Below are positions 25,964 to 35,877 of a DNA stretch of 43,826 bases, one piece after another. Position 1 is the stretch's first letter, and each line of letters starts with the position of its first letter. Made by a program: the position numbers and the translations under genes. The DNA is from a virus (Duplodnaviria > Caudoviricetes): IMG/VR virus record IMGVR_UViG_3300028586_000767, positions 1 to 43,826 of that record. The stretch is one strand, 5' to 3'. The notes under the pieces are model-generated. The model had not been told where the DNA came from. It searched no databases and worked only from the letters and a program-made list of their open reading frames with translations.

Positions 25964-26890
25964 TCAGAGGCCGGCGCGGGCGTGCGCAAGCTTCAGGGTG
26001 TTCTCCGCGGCCGTGCGCCGGGTGGAGGAAGTGCGGGTCGACAGGCGGCGGATCGCGCCGTCCAGGCCGTCGGCCTCGACGCGGTCGGCCATGCCGGCTT
26101 TCACCGCCGGACCGCCGGCGAGCACGCCGCCTTGTCCGAAGTCGCTGCGGACAACCGCCTCGCTGACACCGCGGCCGCGCGCGACCGCTGCGATGAACAC
26201 ATCCTCGAGCGCATCGACCGTCCCGCTGATCACGGCGCGCCCCTCCTCGGTGGTGAGGTCGGGGCGCTTGTTGGGCGCGTTCTTGCTGACGATCGCGATC
26301 TCGCGCCGGCCGGCCTGGTCGGGGTTCTCCTGGATGCTGCCGCCCATCATCACGCCGATCGAGCCGACCATCGCAGTCGCGTCGATCGATATCTGGTTGG
26401 CCTGACTGATGATCCAGTAGGCGGCCGAGCAGCCCATGCCGGTGACGTGCGCGGAGACCGGCTTGGGCGACTGCGCGACCATGCGCGCGAACTGCGCGAT
26501 ATCGGTGGTGACGCCGCCCGGGCTGTCGACGACCAGCAGGATCTTGCGCACGGCCGGGTCTGCCTGAAGGGCGCGGAAGTCGGCCGCGAGCAGATCGAGC
26601 GCGACCGCACCGCCGCCCGACGGGCTCATCATCGCCGCGCGCGGCAGGATGGGGCCGAAGATCGGCAGGGCGCCGACGCCATCGCGGATCGCGGCCGATC
26701 GCGTGCCGGCCGCGCGTTCGCCCATCTGCGCGATCGCCTCGAAGTGGCGCTCGACGTGTCCGTCCTCGGCGACAGCCTGGACCGCCGGGTGACCCAGGGC
26801 GCGGATCGCCATCGCCTCGATCGCCTCGAGGTAGCCGGGCATAATCGCCCAGGGCACGGACCGGATGGCCGCTAGAATACGGTCGTTCAT
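25964..26890 (-). CDS. Prohead protease, S49 family
   Basis: VDSPGG, CSAAYWI, VGSIGV motifs. Confidence 0.92.
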   Translation of the reverse strand: MNDRILAAIRSVPWAIMPGYLEAIEAMAIRALGHPAVQAVAEDGHVERHFEAIAQMGERAAGTRSAAIRDGVGALPIFGPILPRAAMMSPSGGGAVALDLLAADFRALQADPAVRKILLVVDSPGGVTTDIAQFARMVAQSPKPVSAHVTGMGCSAAYWIISQANQISIDATAMVGSIGVMMGGSIQENPDQAGRREIAIVSKNAPNKRPDLTTEEGRAVISGTVDALEDVFIAAVARGRGVSEAVVRSDFGQGGVLAGGPAVKAGMADRVEADGLDGAIRRLSTRTSSTRRTAAENTLKLAHARAGL

Positions 26891-28248
26891 GCTGGATCCT
26901 CGTCGTCGGCCGAGCGGTTGCGCTTCGGCGGGGTCTGCTCGGGCGGGCGGTGATCGACGGGCGCGGTCGGAGCCTGCCCCTCGATCGCGGATCCGGAGCC
27001 GACGCGATATTCGTCGCCGCCCTCGCGATCGTTGCGGTTCTCCATGCGGCGAACCTCGTTCGGGTTGAGGATGCCCTTGTCGATCGCGACGCCGTAAGCT
27101 TCGTAGCGGCTCTTGATGTCGCCCTTGAGCAGGGCATCCGGCAGGAACTCGAAGAAGTGACCGGGCTCGGCGAACTGGTGCGTTGCGGCCGCGGCGACGC
27201 GCTCGAAGTGCCCCATCATCGAATAAAGGATCAGCTCGAGGCTCTGCTGCTCGATGTTCGAAAACGTCGCGCGGCTCAGCTCGAAGACGATATGCGGGGG
27301 GACGCCGAACGCGCGGGCGATCTCGACGACGTAGAACGCGCGGACCTCGATATACTGGCTCTTCGCGTTGTCATGCGCGAGGAACTTGGCGTCCATCTCC
27401 TGATCGAGCACGGCGACCTGGCCGGCATTTTTCGGTCCGGAGAAGCGCTTCTGCCAGTCGGTCTTGAGCTTGGTCTTGTCGTCCTGCTCCATCTTCGCCT
27501 TCGACGTCAGGATCGTCGACGGCTGCGCATTGTTCTCCCAGAAGCGCGCGGCGAAGGACGACGTCGCCGCGGCCGCCTCGAACGTGTCCTGCAGGATCTT
27601 AAGCCGATCGATGCCGACCAGGCCATCGCGCGAGAAGCCGGGAATGTACCAGAGATCGTTCCGCGTCAGCCGCTCGAACGTGCCGTTCGGGAGGTGCGTA
27701 TCGTAGAACACCTCGAGCCCGTCGGCCTTGTCCCAGCTCGACGCCGGCGTGACGCCTTGCGGATTGACGCGGGTGAGCTTGCCGGCGCGATAGAGCCCGT
27801 CGCGGTGAATATAGCCGGCGAATTTGCCGGTCATAATCAAGTCGCCGAGCATCACCTCCTTGAAGAGGAAAGCGTTCTGCACGTCGTTCGTGCGCGTCCG
27901 GAGCATGATTGCCTGGGGCGCGTCGTCGACGCGGACCTTGCCCGTGCCTTCCGAGCGGTAATAGATCAGCGGCGCCATTGCGAAGAGCCCGGTCAGGACC
28001 TCGAGCGCGCGCAGTACCGCCGGCGACGACATCGCCGCCTGCTCGCCGATCGGCGCGCCGCGAGTGCCACCGAGCAGATTGAGGAAGGTCAGCCCGCTGG
28101 TGTCGTTCATGCCATCGGCCGAGGCGACGATCGCCGGCGCGGCGGGCCCCATCGGCATGCCGGCAGGTTCGTCAGCCGTTACGGCGACGTCAGCGCGATC
28201 GCCACGAAGGGCGCGAGTAGCCGCGCGAGCACGGTCAAGAATTCCCAT
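26887..28248 (-). CDS. Portal protein (HK97 family)
   Basis: EIARAFGVPPH, ATFSNIEQQ, LNPNEVR..EN motifs. Confidence 0.94.
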   Translation of the reverse strand: MGILDRARAATRALRGDRADVAVTADEPAGMPMGPAAPAIVASADGMNDTSGLTFLNLLGGTRGAPIGEQAAMSSPAVLRALEVLTGLFAMAPLIYYRSEGTGKVRVDDAPQAIMLRTRTNDVQNAFLFKEVMLGDLIMTGKFAGYIHRDGLYRAGKLTRVNPQGVTPASSWDKADGLEVFYDTHLPNGTFERLTRNDLWYIPGFSRDGLVGIDRLKILQDTFEAAAATSSFAARFWENNAQPSTILTSKAKMEQDDKTKLKTDWQKRFSGPKNAGQVAVLDQEMDAKFLAHDNAKSQYIEVRAFYVVEIARAFGVPPHIVFELSRATFSNIEQQSLELILYSMMGHFERVAAAATHQFAEPGHFFEFLPDALLKGDIKSRYEAYGVAIDKGILNPNEVRRMENRNDREGGDEYRVGSGSAIEGQAPTAPVDHRPPEQTPPKRNRSADDEDPA

Positions 28249-28250
28249 GC

Positions 28251-29957
28251 TCAGATCCCCGTATATTCGAAGGTGTTCGTTCGCGGGTTGCGCGTCATCA
28301 GCACCACGGCGTTGAAGCCCGCCAGCAGCGGATCGATCTTTGCCGTCCCCGACACCTGCTTGGTGATCAGGATCGCGCTGCCGGTCGGCGTGACTTTCGC
28401 GTTGCCGACACACCAGTTCATCAGCCCCTGGCCGGCATGCTTCAGCGTGCCGTCCTTCAGTTTTCGCTCGGTGCCCTTGATCGCGCCGGTAAGGCGGTAG
28501 CCCTGCGGTACCGCGACCATCTGGTCGGCCGTGAAACCGCGGCCGGACAGCTCATCGACCAGGGCGGCGACGCCTTGCGGATCCAGACCGATCGCCGCCT
28601 CGGCCGGGAACAGGCCGGCGTCCTTCACCTGCTCGAGCAGATCCGCGACCTCGACCAGGTCCTGCGTCGGATCCTGGCACTTGATCAGCGTTCCCTCAGC
28701 CATGAAGTCGGTCAGCTTGCTGACGATGTCCTTGCGCCGGTCGAACACGTCGGGATGCGCCCAGGCCCGGTTCCACATCAACCAGGTCCGCGGATCCGAC
28801 TTCAGTCGGCCGAGCAGCGCCAGGCCGAACAGATCGTCGAGCCCGCCGCCATCGATGCCGGCGACGGCAACCTCGACCAGCTCGAGGAAACCCTCGAGCG
28901 AGCCGTCCCACAATTCGACCGCAGCCTTTGCCTTGGCCCAATACACCGCCCCGACCCAGGCATCGTGCCGCAGCCCGACGCCGATCTCGACGTTCAGGTG
29001 CTTGGCGTAGAAGACCTGCTTGGTGCCGTCCTCGGCGTTGACGATCTTGGCGAACTCGTCCTCGAGCCAGGTCTGGCTGACTGAGCGACCGATGTTCGGG
29101 TTGGTGACGTAGAAATTGGCGGGGTCGAGATGCTCGTCCGCCTTCAGCATCTCCTCCGGGAACTCATAGAGCACCGGCAGAAATTTACGGTTCTCCACGA
29201 CGCCATCTCGGACGTCCCGAGCGTATGCCAGCTTCTCCTTGAAGACACCGGCAGGCGGCTCGTCCGACTGCGTCGTCAGGTAGAGCGTATAGCCCTCCGG
29301 ACGCGAAACCTGGCCGCCGGTGGCCTCGCGTAGCATCGAGTCCGCGTTGGCCTTCTTGCCGAACAGCCATAGCTCGTCGACCAGGACCCGGCTGGCCTTC
29401 TTGCCTGACACCGTCGCCGCATCGGCCGCAACGACCTTCAACGTGGCCTTGGTCTCCCTTTGCGTGATGAGACGCACATGCTCCTGGATGTGGAGCAGAT
29501 CGGTCAGCTCCTCATCCGCTCGGATCATATCGCAGGCCGGCTTGAAGCTGTTGCCCGCCACCTCGATCGTCGGCGCGAGGATCAGGTTCTCGTCCGACGG
29601 CCGCCAGCCGCAGATCAGCTCGGTCAGCATGATGCCGGCCGCGATCGTCGACTTGGTGTTCTTCTTCGACACCAGCAGCATGCCCTCGCGGATCATCTGC
29701 TCGCCCGTTTCGGCGTTGTACGCGCCAAAGATCGCGGCCGCGAAATCGAGCAGCCATTCGTCGGCGCTCTCGCCGATCGTCCAGGTCTCCTCCGTCGCCG
29801 GGTTGATGCCCAGATCTGCGATCTTCAGCGCGCAGAAGACCGCCATCTTCGCCTCGGCCGAGGCAGGAAACAGCGGCGTAAACGGGATCAGCGTGCGGCG
29901 ATCGCGGATCCGTCGTTTCCAATCGAGGCACGCCGTCGACCAGATCGGGATCGTCAA
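28251..29957 (-). CDS. terL: Terminase large subunit
   Basis: Walker A variant KKNTKST, Walker [12 protein letters not shown] motif [16 protein letters not shown]. Confidence 0.94.
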   Translation of the reverse strand: MTIPIWSTACLDWKRRIRDRRTLIPFTPLFPASAEAKMAVFCALKIADLGINPATEETWTIGESADEWLLDFAAAIFGAYNAETGEQMIREGMLLVSKKNTKSTIAAGIMLTELICGWRPSDENLILAPTIEVAGNSFKPACDMIRADEELTDLLHIQEHVRLITQRETKATLKVVAADAATVSGKKASRVLVDELWLFGKKANADSMLREATGGQVSRPEGYTLYLTTQSDEPPAGVFKEKLAYARDVRDGVVENRKFLPVLYEFPEEMLKADEHLDPANFYVTNPNIGRSVSQTWLEDEFAKIVNAEDGTKQVFYAKHLNVEIGVGLRHDAWVGAVYWAKAKAAVELWDGSLEGFLELVEVAVAGIDGGGLDDLFGLALLGRLKSDPRTWLMWNRAWAHPDVFDRRKDIVSKLTDFMAEGTLIKCQDPTQDLVEVADLLEQVKDAGLFPAEAAIGLDPQGVAALVDELSGRGFTADQMVAVPQGYRLTGAIKGTERKLKDGTLKHAGQGLMNWCVGNAKVTPTGSAILITKQVSGTAKIDPLLAGFNAVVLMTRNPRTNTFEYTGI

Positions 29958-30517
29958 TTGATCGTCCTGGTCGGGGCGCCGATCGCGCCGAACTTACGTC
30001 CGGCCGCCGCGGCACGATCCTGCTGCTGAGCCTTCTTTCCCTTCGCTGGCGCGACCGCCTCGTTGATCGTCTTGAGCGAGTTGGCGAGGTTCTTCACGAT
30101 CATCGAGCGCGCCGGCAGCGACACCGCTTTCATCATCGCGTCGCGCCGAGAATCGTTCTCGTCGTTGGCGGTGAGGATCTCGATGGCCTCCTCGAGTTCG
30201 CCTTGGAAGCTCGTCACCGCGTCCAGCTCGTCGAGCATGCGCCCGACCAGCTGGCGGGCGTTCTCGGCGATCGTGCCGGCGTCGACCGGCTCGCGGACCT
30301 CAACGGGATCCGCGACCACGATGCGCGGCGCGGGAAGCAAAGTGCGCACCGGTTGGCGTGTGCGAACCGGCCGTTCCCAGCCTTTCAGCTTCGCCCGCTT
30401 GCGAATAGCCGCTTCGGAAATCTCGTGCCGATCAGCTATTTCGCGGATCGAATCATCACCCGACAAGTATTCGCGCTGAATACGCGACCACTCTTCAGGT
30501 GTTTTGCGGACTGCCAT
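29954..30517 (-). CDS. terS: Terminase small subunit
   Basis: N-terminal HTH ([20 protein letters not shown]); coupled to terL. Confidence 0.8.
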   Translation of the reverse strand: MAVRKTPEEWSRIQREYLSGDDSIREIADRHEISEAAIRKRAKLKGWERPVRTRQPVRTLLPAPRIVVADPVEVREPVDAGTIAENARQLVGRMLDELDAVTSFQGELEEAIEILTANDENDSRRDAMMKAVSLPARSMIVKNLANSLKTINEAVAPAKGKKAQQQDRAAAAGRKFGAIGAPTRTIN

Positions 30518-30539
30518 CGATCAGCACCCCGCCACGAAA

Positions 30540-30645
30540 GTACGCACCCGGAGACGTCCAGGGGGAAATAATCTCCGCGTGGGAGCCATAGGGGTCCAGG
30601 GGGTCGGCCCCCGTGAGGGATCGACCCACCCCCCTGCCCCGCGGA
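30540..30645 (-). other. Probable cos packaging region
   Basis: Intergenic HNH-terS gap with G-run/C-run pattern typical of HK97-like cos phages; exact cut site not determinable. Confidence 0.5.
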
Positions 30646-30646
30646 G

Positions 30647-31009
30647 TCAGGCTAGGAAGGCAGCCCGCTCGGCTCGCTGCTTGTGCTTGTCATGGCACGG
30701 CTTGCAGAGCGTCTGCAGGTTGGCGAACAGCCAGAAGAGGCGCTCGTCGCCGCGGTGCGGTTCGCAGTGATCGGCGACCAGCAACGACGTGTCGGCCGAG
30801 GTGAAGCCGCAGCCAGGCCACTGGCACGTATAGAGGTCGCGGGTGAACACGAGCACACGCAGGGCACGCCAGCGCGCCGACTTGTACCACTTGTGCCAGG
30901 GCTTGAAGAGGCGGCGATCGGCGTCAGCGCTGCGCTCGACGGGGGCAAGGGAGCCCATCGTCGGCTTCAGCTTGGTCAGCGTGCTGCCAATCGCCTTGAG
31001 CTTACCCAC
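30647..31009 (-). CDS. HNH endonuclease (terminase cofactor, HK97 gp74-like)
   Basis: WY...RW..LR...RD.Y.C, ADH..PHRGD, NLQTLCKPCH. Confidence 0.9.
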   Translation of the reverse strand: MGKLKAIGSTLTKLKPTMGSLAPVERSADADRRLFKPWHKWYKSARWRALRVLVFTRDLYTCQWPGCGFTSADTSLLVADHCEPHRGDERLFWLFANLQTLCKPCHDKHKQRAERAAFLA

Positions 31010-31014
31010 GTCGC

Positions 31015-31653
31015 TCAGGCGGACGCTAGATCGATGGTGACCGGATGCCACGGCGCGTCGTGCGCGGGGCGGTCGTAGAAGCGGACATAGGTGCGCGAGC
31101 CGATGACGCGGATCGAGTCCTTGATCGCCTCCATGGCGCGCAGCCAGCGGACGTCGGTGATGTCCAGGCGGAGCAGGCGGAACAGCTCGGCCCGGTTGAT
31201 CTGGCCTTCCTTGTCGACCTGGAAGACGCCGTTGACCACCGCCTGCAGCTCGACCGGCGTGCCGCCTGCCCAGCCCATGAGGCACTCGTCGATCAGCACC
31301 TTGGCGGCCTGCAACTCCGGCCCGAACTCGAGGAGATCCGCGACCTGCACCTGCGCCCGCTCGCGCCCGTCGAAGGTGAGCAGCGTGATGTTGCCCTTCT
31401 TCCCGCCGACGGTCGTGCCGTACTCCTGCGCTAGCAGCGCCTGGAAGGCACCGACGCGCTCGAACGTCCGGACCTTAAACGCGGCGACGAGGGCGGACAG
31501 TTCGCGCGCATCGGTGAGGATCTCGCGCACCGTCTCGTCCATGAGCAGGTCGACCGGCTTGACCGCGGCGAGCGGGACCAGGCTGCCCTTGGCGTCACGA
31601 AGGTAGGGGGTGCCGGCGACATCGATCGCGGCGGGGTGCGGCTTGGTGGTCAT
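31015..31653 (-). CDS. DUF3164-family phage protein
   Basis: YLRDAKGSLVP, GGKKGNITL..FDG, F.PELQAAK.LIDECL, RTYVRFY. Confidence 0.85.
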   Translation of the reverse strand: MTTKPHPAAIDVAGTPYLRDAKGSLVPLAAVKPVDLLMDETVREILTDARELSALVAAFKVRTFERVGAFQALLAQEYGTTVGGKKGNITLLTFDGRERAQVQVADLLEFGPELQAAKVLIDECLMGWAGGTPVELQAVVNGVFQVDKEGQINRAELFRLLRLDITDVRWLRAMEAIKDSIRVIGSRTYVRFYDRPAHDAPWHPVTIDLASA

Positions 31654-31808
31654 GCTGGCGTAGCCTGCGGCGCGGTCGGCGCGGCGATCGTCTCGACCGG
31701 CAGGCGGTTCAGGATCTCGCGCATCAGGCTGACCGGCACGCCAATCAGCGCGGTGTCCGCATGGCCGGCGTCGACGGCACGCCGCATAGCATCGAACGGG
31801 ATAGCCAT
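31650..31808 (-). CDS. 52-aa hypothetical protein (not in ORF track)
   Basis: TAATG and ATGA coupling at both ends; MAIPFDAMRRAVDAGH... Confidence 0.55.
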   Translation of the reverse strand: MAIPFDAMRRAVDAGHADTALIGVPVSLMREILNRLPVETIAAPTAPQATPA

Positions 31809-32074
31809 TACCAGCCTGCCTTGGTGCCGTCGGCACTGAGATAGAGGGGCGGACGGGCAGCGCGACCGGCGGTGCCACGGAAGGGCTCGAGGACGTCGCG
31901 GGCGATGCCCTGCGCCAGTTCCTCGAGCTCGTTGTATTCGTCGGTGGAATCAATGCCCAGCCGCGCTCGTTGGGTCAGCTCATCGAACCGCGGTGTAATG
32001 CGTTCGAGCTGATCGGCCAGGTTCGAGTTCGGCTGGGCAGGCCGTGCACCGGATCGGGGAACATCATGACGCAT
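31808..32074 (-). CDS. Hypothetical protein
   Basis: GGGAG RBS; 88 aa; probable first gene of the late transcript. Confidence 0.6.
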   Translation of the reverse strand: MRHDVPRSGARPAQPNSNLADQLERITPRFDELTQRARLGIDSTDEYNELEELAQGIARDVLEPFRGTAGRAARPPLYLSADGTKAGW

Positions 32075-32213
32075 GCCAGATCTCCCTTCACATACGACGC
32101 GCGCTCAAGTGGGGTGAGCGGCGCCATCCGGATACAACTGTGGCGGGGCTGATTTGCGAGTTACGTGACCGTTTTGGGAGGTGTCCTTGTGGGAAGTTCC
32201 CCAAAGGTCACCC

Positions 32214-32834
32214 CTAGCAGCGCTTCCAGCTGTCCAGCGCCGAGACCAGGATCGATCGAGCCCGTCGGTTGGAAAGCCGCCAGTCCCGCGCGGCGGTCGT
32301 CAGCGCCATGTCGTCGACGATGATCGCGAGCAGCATCAGGGCATGCGGAGCAACCGCGGCGCGCCAGCGAGCGTATGCGCGCTCCCGAATCACGGCAGCG
32401 ATTGGCGCGTGCGAAGCGCTGTGCGGACCGCCACCGGAGCTACGTGGCTCCAAGTTCGCAGTGCGAACCGCAACTTCGGCCGTGATGGAATGGTACGCTT
32501 CCGCGATCTGATCGGCCGCGGCGAGCTGGTGCGCGTCGATCGCGCCGGTCGCGACGAGGCGGGCAAGCGCACCCTCGCGTCGCACCTGCACCGCGGCATG
32601 CTCGTGCGTCTCGGCAGTGCCGTTCGTCTTGTGCGACCAGCGCTCGCGCAGCAGCACGCGCTCCTCGATGCCGGGTTCGAGCATGACGACCGCCGGCGTC
32701 TTGCCCTTCTTGAGCCGGTTCGCGCCCCTCGGCTTCGGACGCGGTTCGCCAAGCACCAGGTGCGCGACGCGCTGCCGCTCGCGTTCGAGCGCTTCAGCGA
32801 GCGAAGGCGCTTCGTCAGTAGGTAGGTATGGCAT
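32214..32834 (-). CDS. Putative late transcription regulator (C-terminal HTH)
   Basis: LARL...G.I...QL.AA..I and C-terminal HTH-like segment; position upstream of late genes. Confidence 0.55.
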   Translation of the reverse strand: MPYLPTDEAPSLAEALERERQRVAHLVLGEPRPKPRGANRLKKGKTPAVVMLEPGIEERVLLRERWSHKTNGTAETHEHAAVQVRREGALARLVATGAIDAHQLAAADQIAEAYHSITAEVAVRTANLEPRSSGGGPHSASHAPIAAVIRERAYARWRAAVAPHALMLLAIIVDDMALTTAARDWRLSNRRARSILVSALDSWKRC

Positions 32835-33219
32835 GAGAATCCCCGGCGTCGACGTCAGGGATATGCTCGAGTATCGCGACGAGCGGCAGATGACCTTGTG
32901 GTAACGCCAGCACGCGATCGGCGCCCGCGAAGTCCTCGTTCACGACGACGCCCATCTGGCGCATCCGATCGAGCAGCTGCCGCTCGAGCAACCCGGGCAC
33001 GGTGATCGCGCGCTGTGCGCCGGCCGCGCGCTCGATCATCTTCTCGAACGCCAGCTTCTTGACCAACGCCTTCGCCCGCGTGTCGCTAACGTTCAGCGCC
33101 AGCGCGATCTCGCGCATCGCGGGACTGCGGCCGTGCTCGAGGATGTACTGAGATATGAAATCGAGCGCTTGCTGCTTTCGGCTCGCTCGTGCCGGTAACA
33201 CCTCTGAATATACGCCCAT
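32815..33219 (-). CDS. LexA-DNA-binding-domain-like winged-helix protein without peptidase domain
   Basis: RKQQALDFI..YI.EHGRSPAMREIA.AL.VS...A..LV..L..E..IER...R.I. Confidence 0.8.
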   Translation of the reverse strand: MGVYSEVLPARASRKQQALDFISQYILEHGRSPAMREIALALNVSDTRAKALVKKLAFEKMIERAAGAQRAITVPGLLERQLLDRMRQMGVVVNEDFAGADRVLALPQGHLPLVAILEHIPDVDAGDSHAIPTY

Positions 33220-33241
33220 CGTTCCCCCGGATCCCCGATAG

Positions 33242-33256
33242 GAACATAGGCAGAAT
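33242..33256. promoter_or_regulatory. Candidate alphaproteobacterial LexA (SOS) box GAAC-ATAGGCA-GAAT
   Basis: One mismatch to GAAC-N7-GAAC, 22 bp upstream of the 33219 start codon. Confidence 0.6.
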
Positions 33257-33293
33257 CGTGCTTTGGCGCTACCATGATGGCGACCAACTCACC

Positions 33294-33857
33294 CTAACGT
33301 GATGGAGTCACTTCGTACCTGTTTGAAGAGCTAACCTTCGAGGTATGTTCCAGCGCCCGAAGGTCCTTCGCTAACTTCAAGCTAAGGGTTTGGCACATTG
33401 GAGTAATAGCCGCTTGGTCAGGGTCGTAACATCCGTAGTTCATTCCGATACGACGGTAATTTTGATATAGCCGGCTAATTGCGATGGCTTTTTCCGTCTT
33501 GGCGTCATCGAGTTGAACCAGTCCCGCCTCTACGACCGCATTTGCCGCGAATGTCGCAACTAGCGCCAAGATCATGCTACCGAGAATCTTAGCCACCATC
33601 ACAATCCAATGTTGGTCCCGGCCAGGCAACTCACTTGATGCGATATCAAGCATGCGAGCCACGAACGCCAACAGCAGCGCGTATTTTAAACCAACCAGGA
33701 AGAAGCTCGGAGCTAAAATGTCAGCAATTACAATCGCCGCGTAAGCCGCAACGTACTGTGCCGTTGCGTTCACAGCGTTGTAAAAGGGGCCACCCAACCA
33801 GCGCACCGGATCGGCCGGGTCGGTCATAAAGGGTTGCATTGCCTCAGAATCGCTCAT
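33294..33857 (-). CDS. Accessory multi-TM membrane protein
   Basis: About three hydrophobic segments; AGAGGGGG RBS; AT-richer. Confidence 0.65.
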   Translation of the reverse strand: MSDSEAMQPFMTDPADPVRWLGGPFYNAVNATAQYVAAYAAIVIADILAPSFFLVGLKYALLLAFVARMLDIASSELPGRDQHWIVMVAKILGSMILALVATFAANAVVEAGLVQLDDAKTEKAIAISRLYQNYRRIGMNYGCYDPDQAAITPMCQTLSLKLAKDLRALEHTSKVSSSNRYEVTPSR

Positions 33858-33950
33858 GAACCCCCTCTTTTCTAGTATCTGCAGCGGAGACACCAACCGC
33901 GCGGGCCCTTAAATAATCAATGTTGCGAAGCTTCCAGGTGAGGCCGCTGA

Positions 33951-35603
33951 TTATGCCGTTCCATCTGGTAGCTCCGCGCTCGCTTGAAATATAACCCGTT
34001 CAATCACTTCTCGGATCTTTTCATACTTTAACTGAAATAATTCTCTACGGGAATTCAGTCGGAAGCTCTTTAATAGCTCGTGAACCTCGTGTTCAATCAC
34101 GCGTGGCGCGCGAACATGCCATGATTGAACGACGTTAAACATATCTATCTGCCCACTTGTATTTCCAAGTTGCGCAGCCCTTTCGTCTACCATCTTTGTA
34201 GTGAAACCGACTTTATATATATCCTTCCCATGCATGGCGTTTCGCATTACATAAATCCAACCTGTAATACTTTCTTCTGCTACCGGCTCAATCGTTGACG
34301 GCCGGTCGTAAGGATTGTCACTAGAGGCGCTCTGTTCGACCCATGATTTTTGCGTCGTCACCCAGGTCTTTCCCTGCACCGCATTGCCGACCTTATCGAC
34401 CCCGGCCTGCCCGAAGCCCAGATTTCTCCAATGACCTGCGGTCTCAATCTTCAGTTTAGACGCCGGAATAGTGTAAGTGGGAAAATCACTGGCACCTAGA
34501 TCGTATAGCGTATTTACCCTGACATATTTTGGTGCATCGCTGACTTTTAAGGCGGCTGCGGCTTTTGCATCTTCTCCGTTCGGCTCTAAACGCAGCTTAG
34601 TTGGGTGGCGCTCAACGCCAACAGCGTCATCGTCCATCAATGACAAGCAGCTTGGAGCGGTAAATAGTATTTCAAAAAGCGAAGAACATGCATCAATCTT
34701 TGAGAGGATATTGTCGACTGTCCCTGAAGATGCATTTGTGCTAGATAATATATAGGCGATATCATCCGGATCGTCGCTAAAAACATTAAACGCAGCCTTC
34801 GATTCCTCCATAACAATTCTAGACTGGACGGCGCCTGAAACTACATCAACCCGAGCCATAAGGATTATCGGTAGGTAACTATCGTCGCCAAAGAGCGGTT
34901 GATCGCCAAAATCGGCATCCTTCATATGCGCCGACAAAAAGCCTTTTTCGGGATTCAGACGCGCGGAAGATAAGTCCTTCCGACGAGCGTTCGGAGTTGG
35001 ATTGGATCGGCCGAATACGCCCAGAAGCGACACGTCGGAACCTTCACGGCAAATCGCCAGCCCACAAAATACGTGCGCTTCATTTCCCGGTATTTTAAAC
35101 TCAGCATGCCCCCCGAGCATATTAATTTCGTAAATCGTCAATTCATCTAGGTCAGCAACTGCTGACGAGAGCGACGTATCAACGCTTGGATCAGTAATCC
35201 TATCCAGCATACGATTGAACGACATCACATTCTCTTGCTGCTCCAGCAGCTTGAGAACCATGGCTTGCTCGTCTGGTTCGATAAACGAGCTCATGATGTT
35301 GAAAGAGCTGGGCATATGCAACCCTTCGCCCTGAAACATTCTAACGTTATACTCAGAAACGAAATGCCGAAGATAACTGTCGACGTACAAATTGGAGCCG
35401 CCTGAACGCTGCACCGCTGCTAAACCAGCAGCACGCTTCCTCCCATCCTTTATCTCTCGCTTCTGATGTGCGGTCAGAATTTGCTCGCTTATCGCTTGAT
35501 AAGTGGCCCGGGTTGCAGAGTTATCTTCTCGGATACGCACACTAGCATTAAACGCATTAAATCGCGCTGTCCTTGCGCGGGCTTTATTTGATTGCTCATT
35601 CAC
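33951..35603 (-). CDS. Accessory protein with C-terminal GIY-YIG (T5orf172-like) nuclease domain
   Basis: GWIYVMRN...IYKVGFT....ER...L..TSG...IE..VH..L...R....RELF; AT-richer. Confidence 0.8.
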   Translation of the reverse strand: MNEQSNKARARTARFNAFNASVRIREDNSATRATYQAISEQILTAHQKREIKDGRKRAAGLAAVQRSGGSNLYVDSYLRHFVSEYNVRMFQGEGLHMPSSFNIMSSFIEPDEQAMVLKLLEQQENVMSFNRMLDRITDPSVDTSLSSAVADLDELTIYEINMLGGHAEFKIPGNEAHVFCGLAICREGSDVSLLGVFGRSNPTPNARRKDLSSARLNPEKGFLSAHMKDADFGDQPLFGDDSYLPIILMARVDVVSGAVQSRIVMEESKAAFNVFSDDPDDIAYILSSTNASSGTVDNILSKIDACSSLFEILFTAPSCLSLMDDDAVGVERHPTKLRLEPNGEDAKAAAALKVSDAPKYVRVNTLYDLGASDFPTYTIPASKLKIETAGHWRNLGFGQAGVDKVGNAVQGKTWVTTQKSWVEQSASSDNPYDRPSTIEPVAEESITGWIYVMRNAMHGKDIYKVGFTTKMVDERAAQLGNTSGQIDMFNVVQSWHVRAPRVIEHEVHELLKSFRLNSRRELFQLKYEKIREVIERVIFQASAELPDGTA

Positions 35604-35684
35604 TGACGATGCCCCCCCTTATTAAGTCGCGCGCGTTGTGCTCGACAGCCTTCGAATATCGGAGATAACCTCCTCAACAGTGCG

Positions 35685-35861
35685 CTATGAGCGAGCCTGG
35701 CCGTCGCTTTCCAATATATCGACCAGAGCTGATAGCAGCCCAAGGGTGATAACCGCTTCGTCGCGCGACAGCCGTACGTAGTCTGCATTCGACGGAGCGA
35801 GTGCCGCCTTGAAGAGCGCTTCCATGCCCTTCGCAACTGTCATTACGTCCAGCTCATCCAC
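35685..35861 (-). CDS. 58-aa hypothetical protein starting just after att-like core C
   Basis: AAGGAGG RBS then GTG: MDELDVMTVAKGMEALFKAA... Confidence 0.55.
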   Translation of the reverse strand: MDELDVMTVAKGMEALFKAALAPSNADYVRLSRDEAVITLGLLSALVDILESDGQARS

Positions 35862-35877
35862 GATTATTCCTCCTTGG

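Noticed and set aside
13749-26875. Long plus-strand ORFs (613, 449, 643, 585, 418 aa and others) opposite structural genes
   Set aside because: Antisense shadows caused by GC-rich codon bias of the real minus-strand genes
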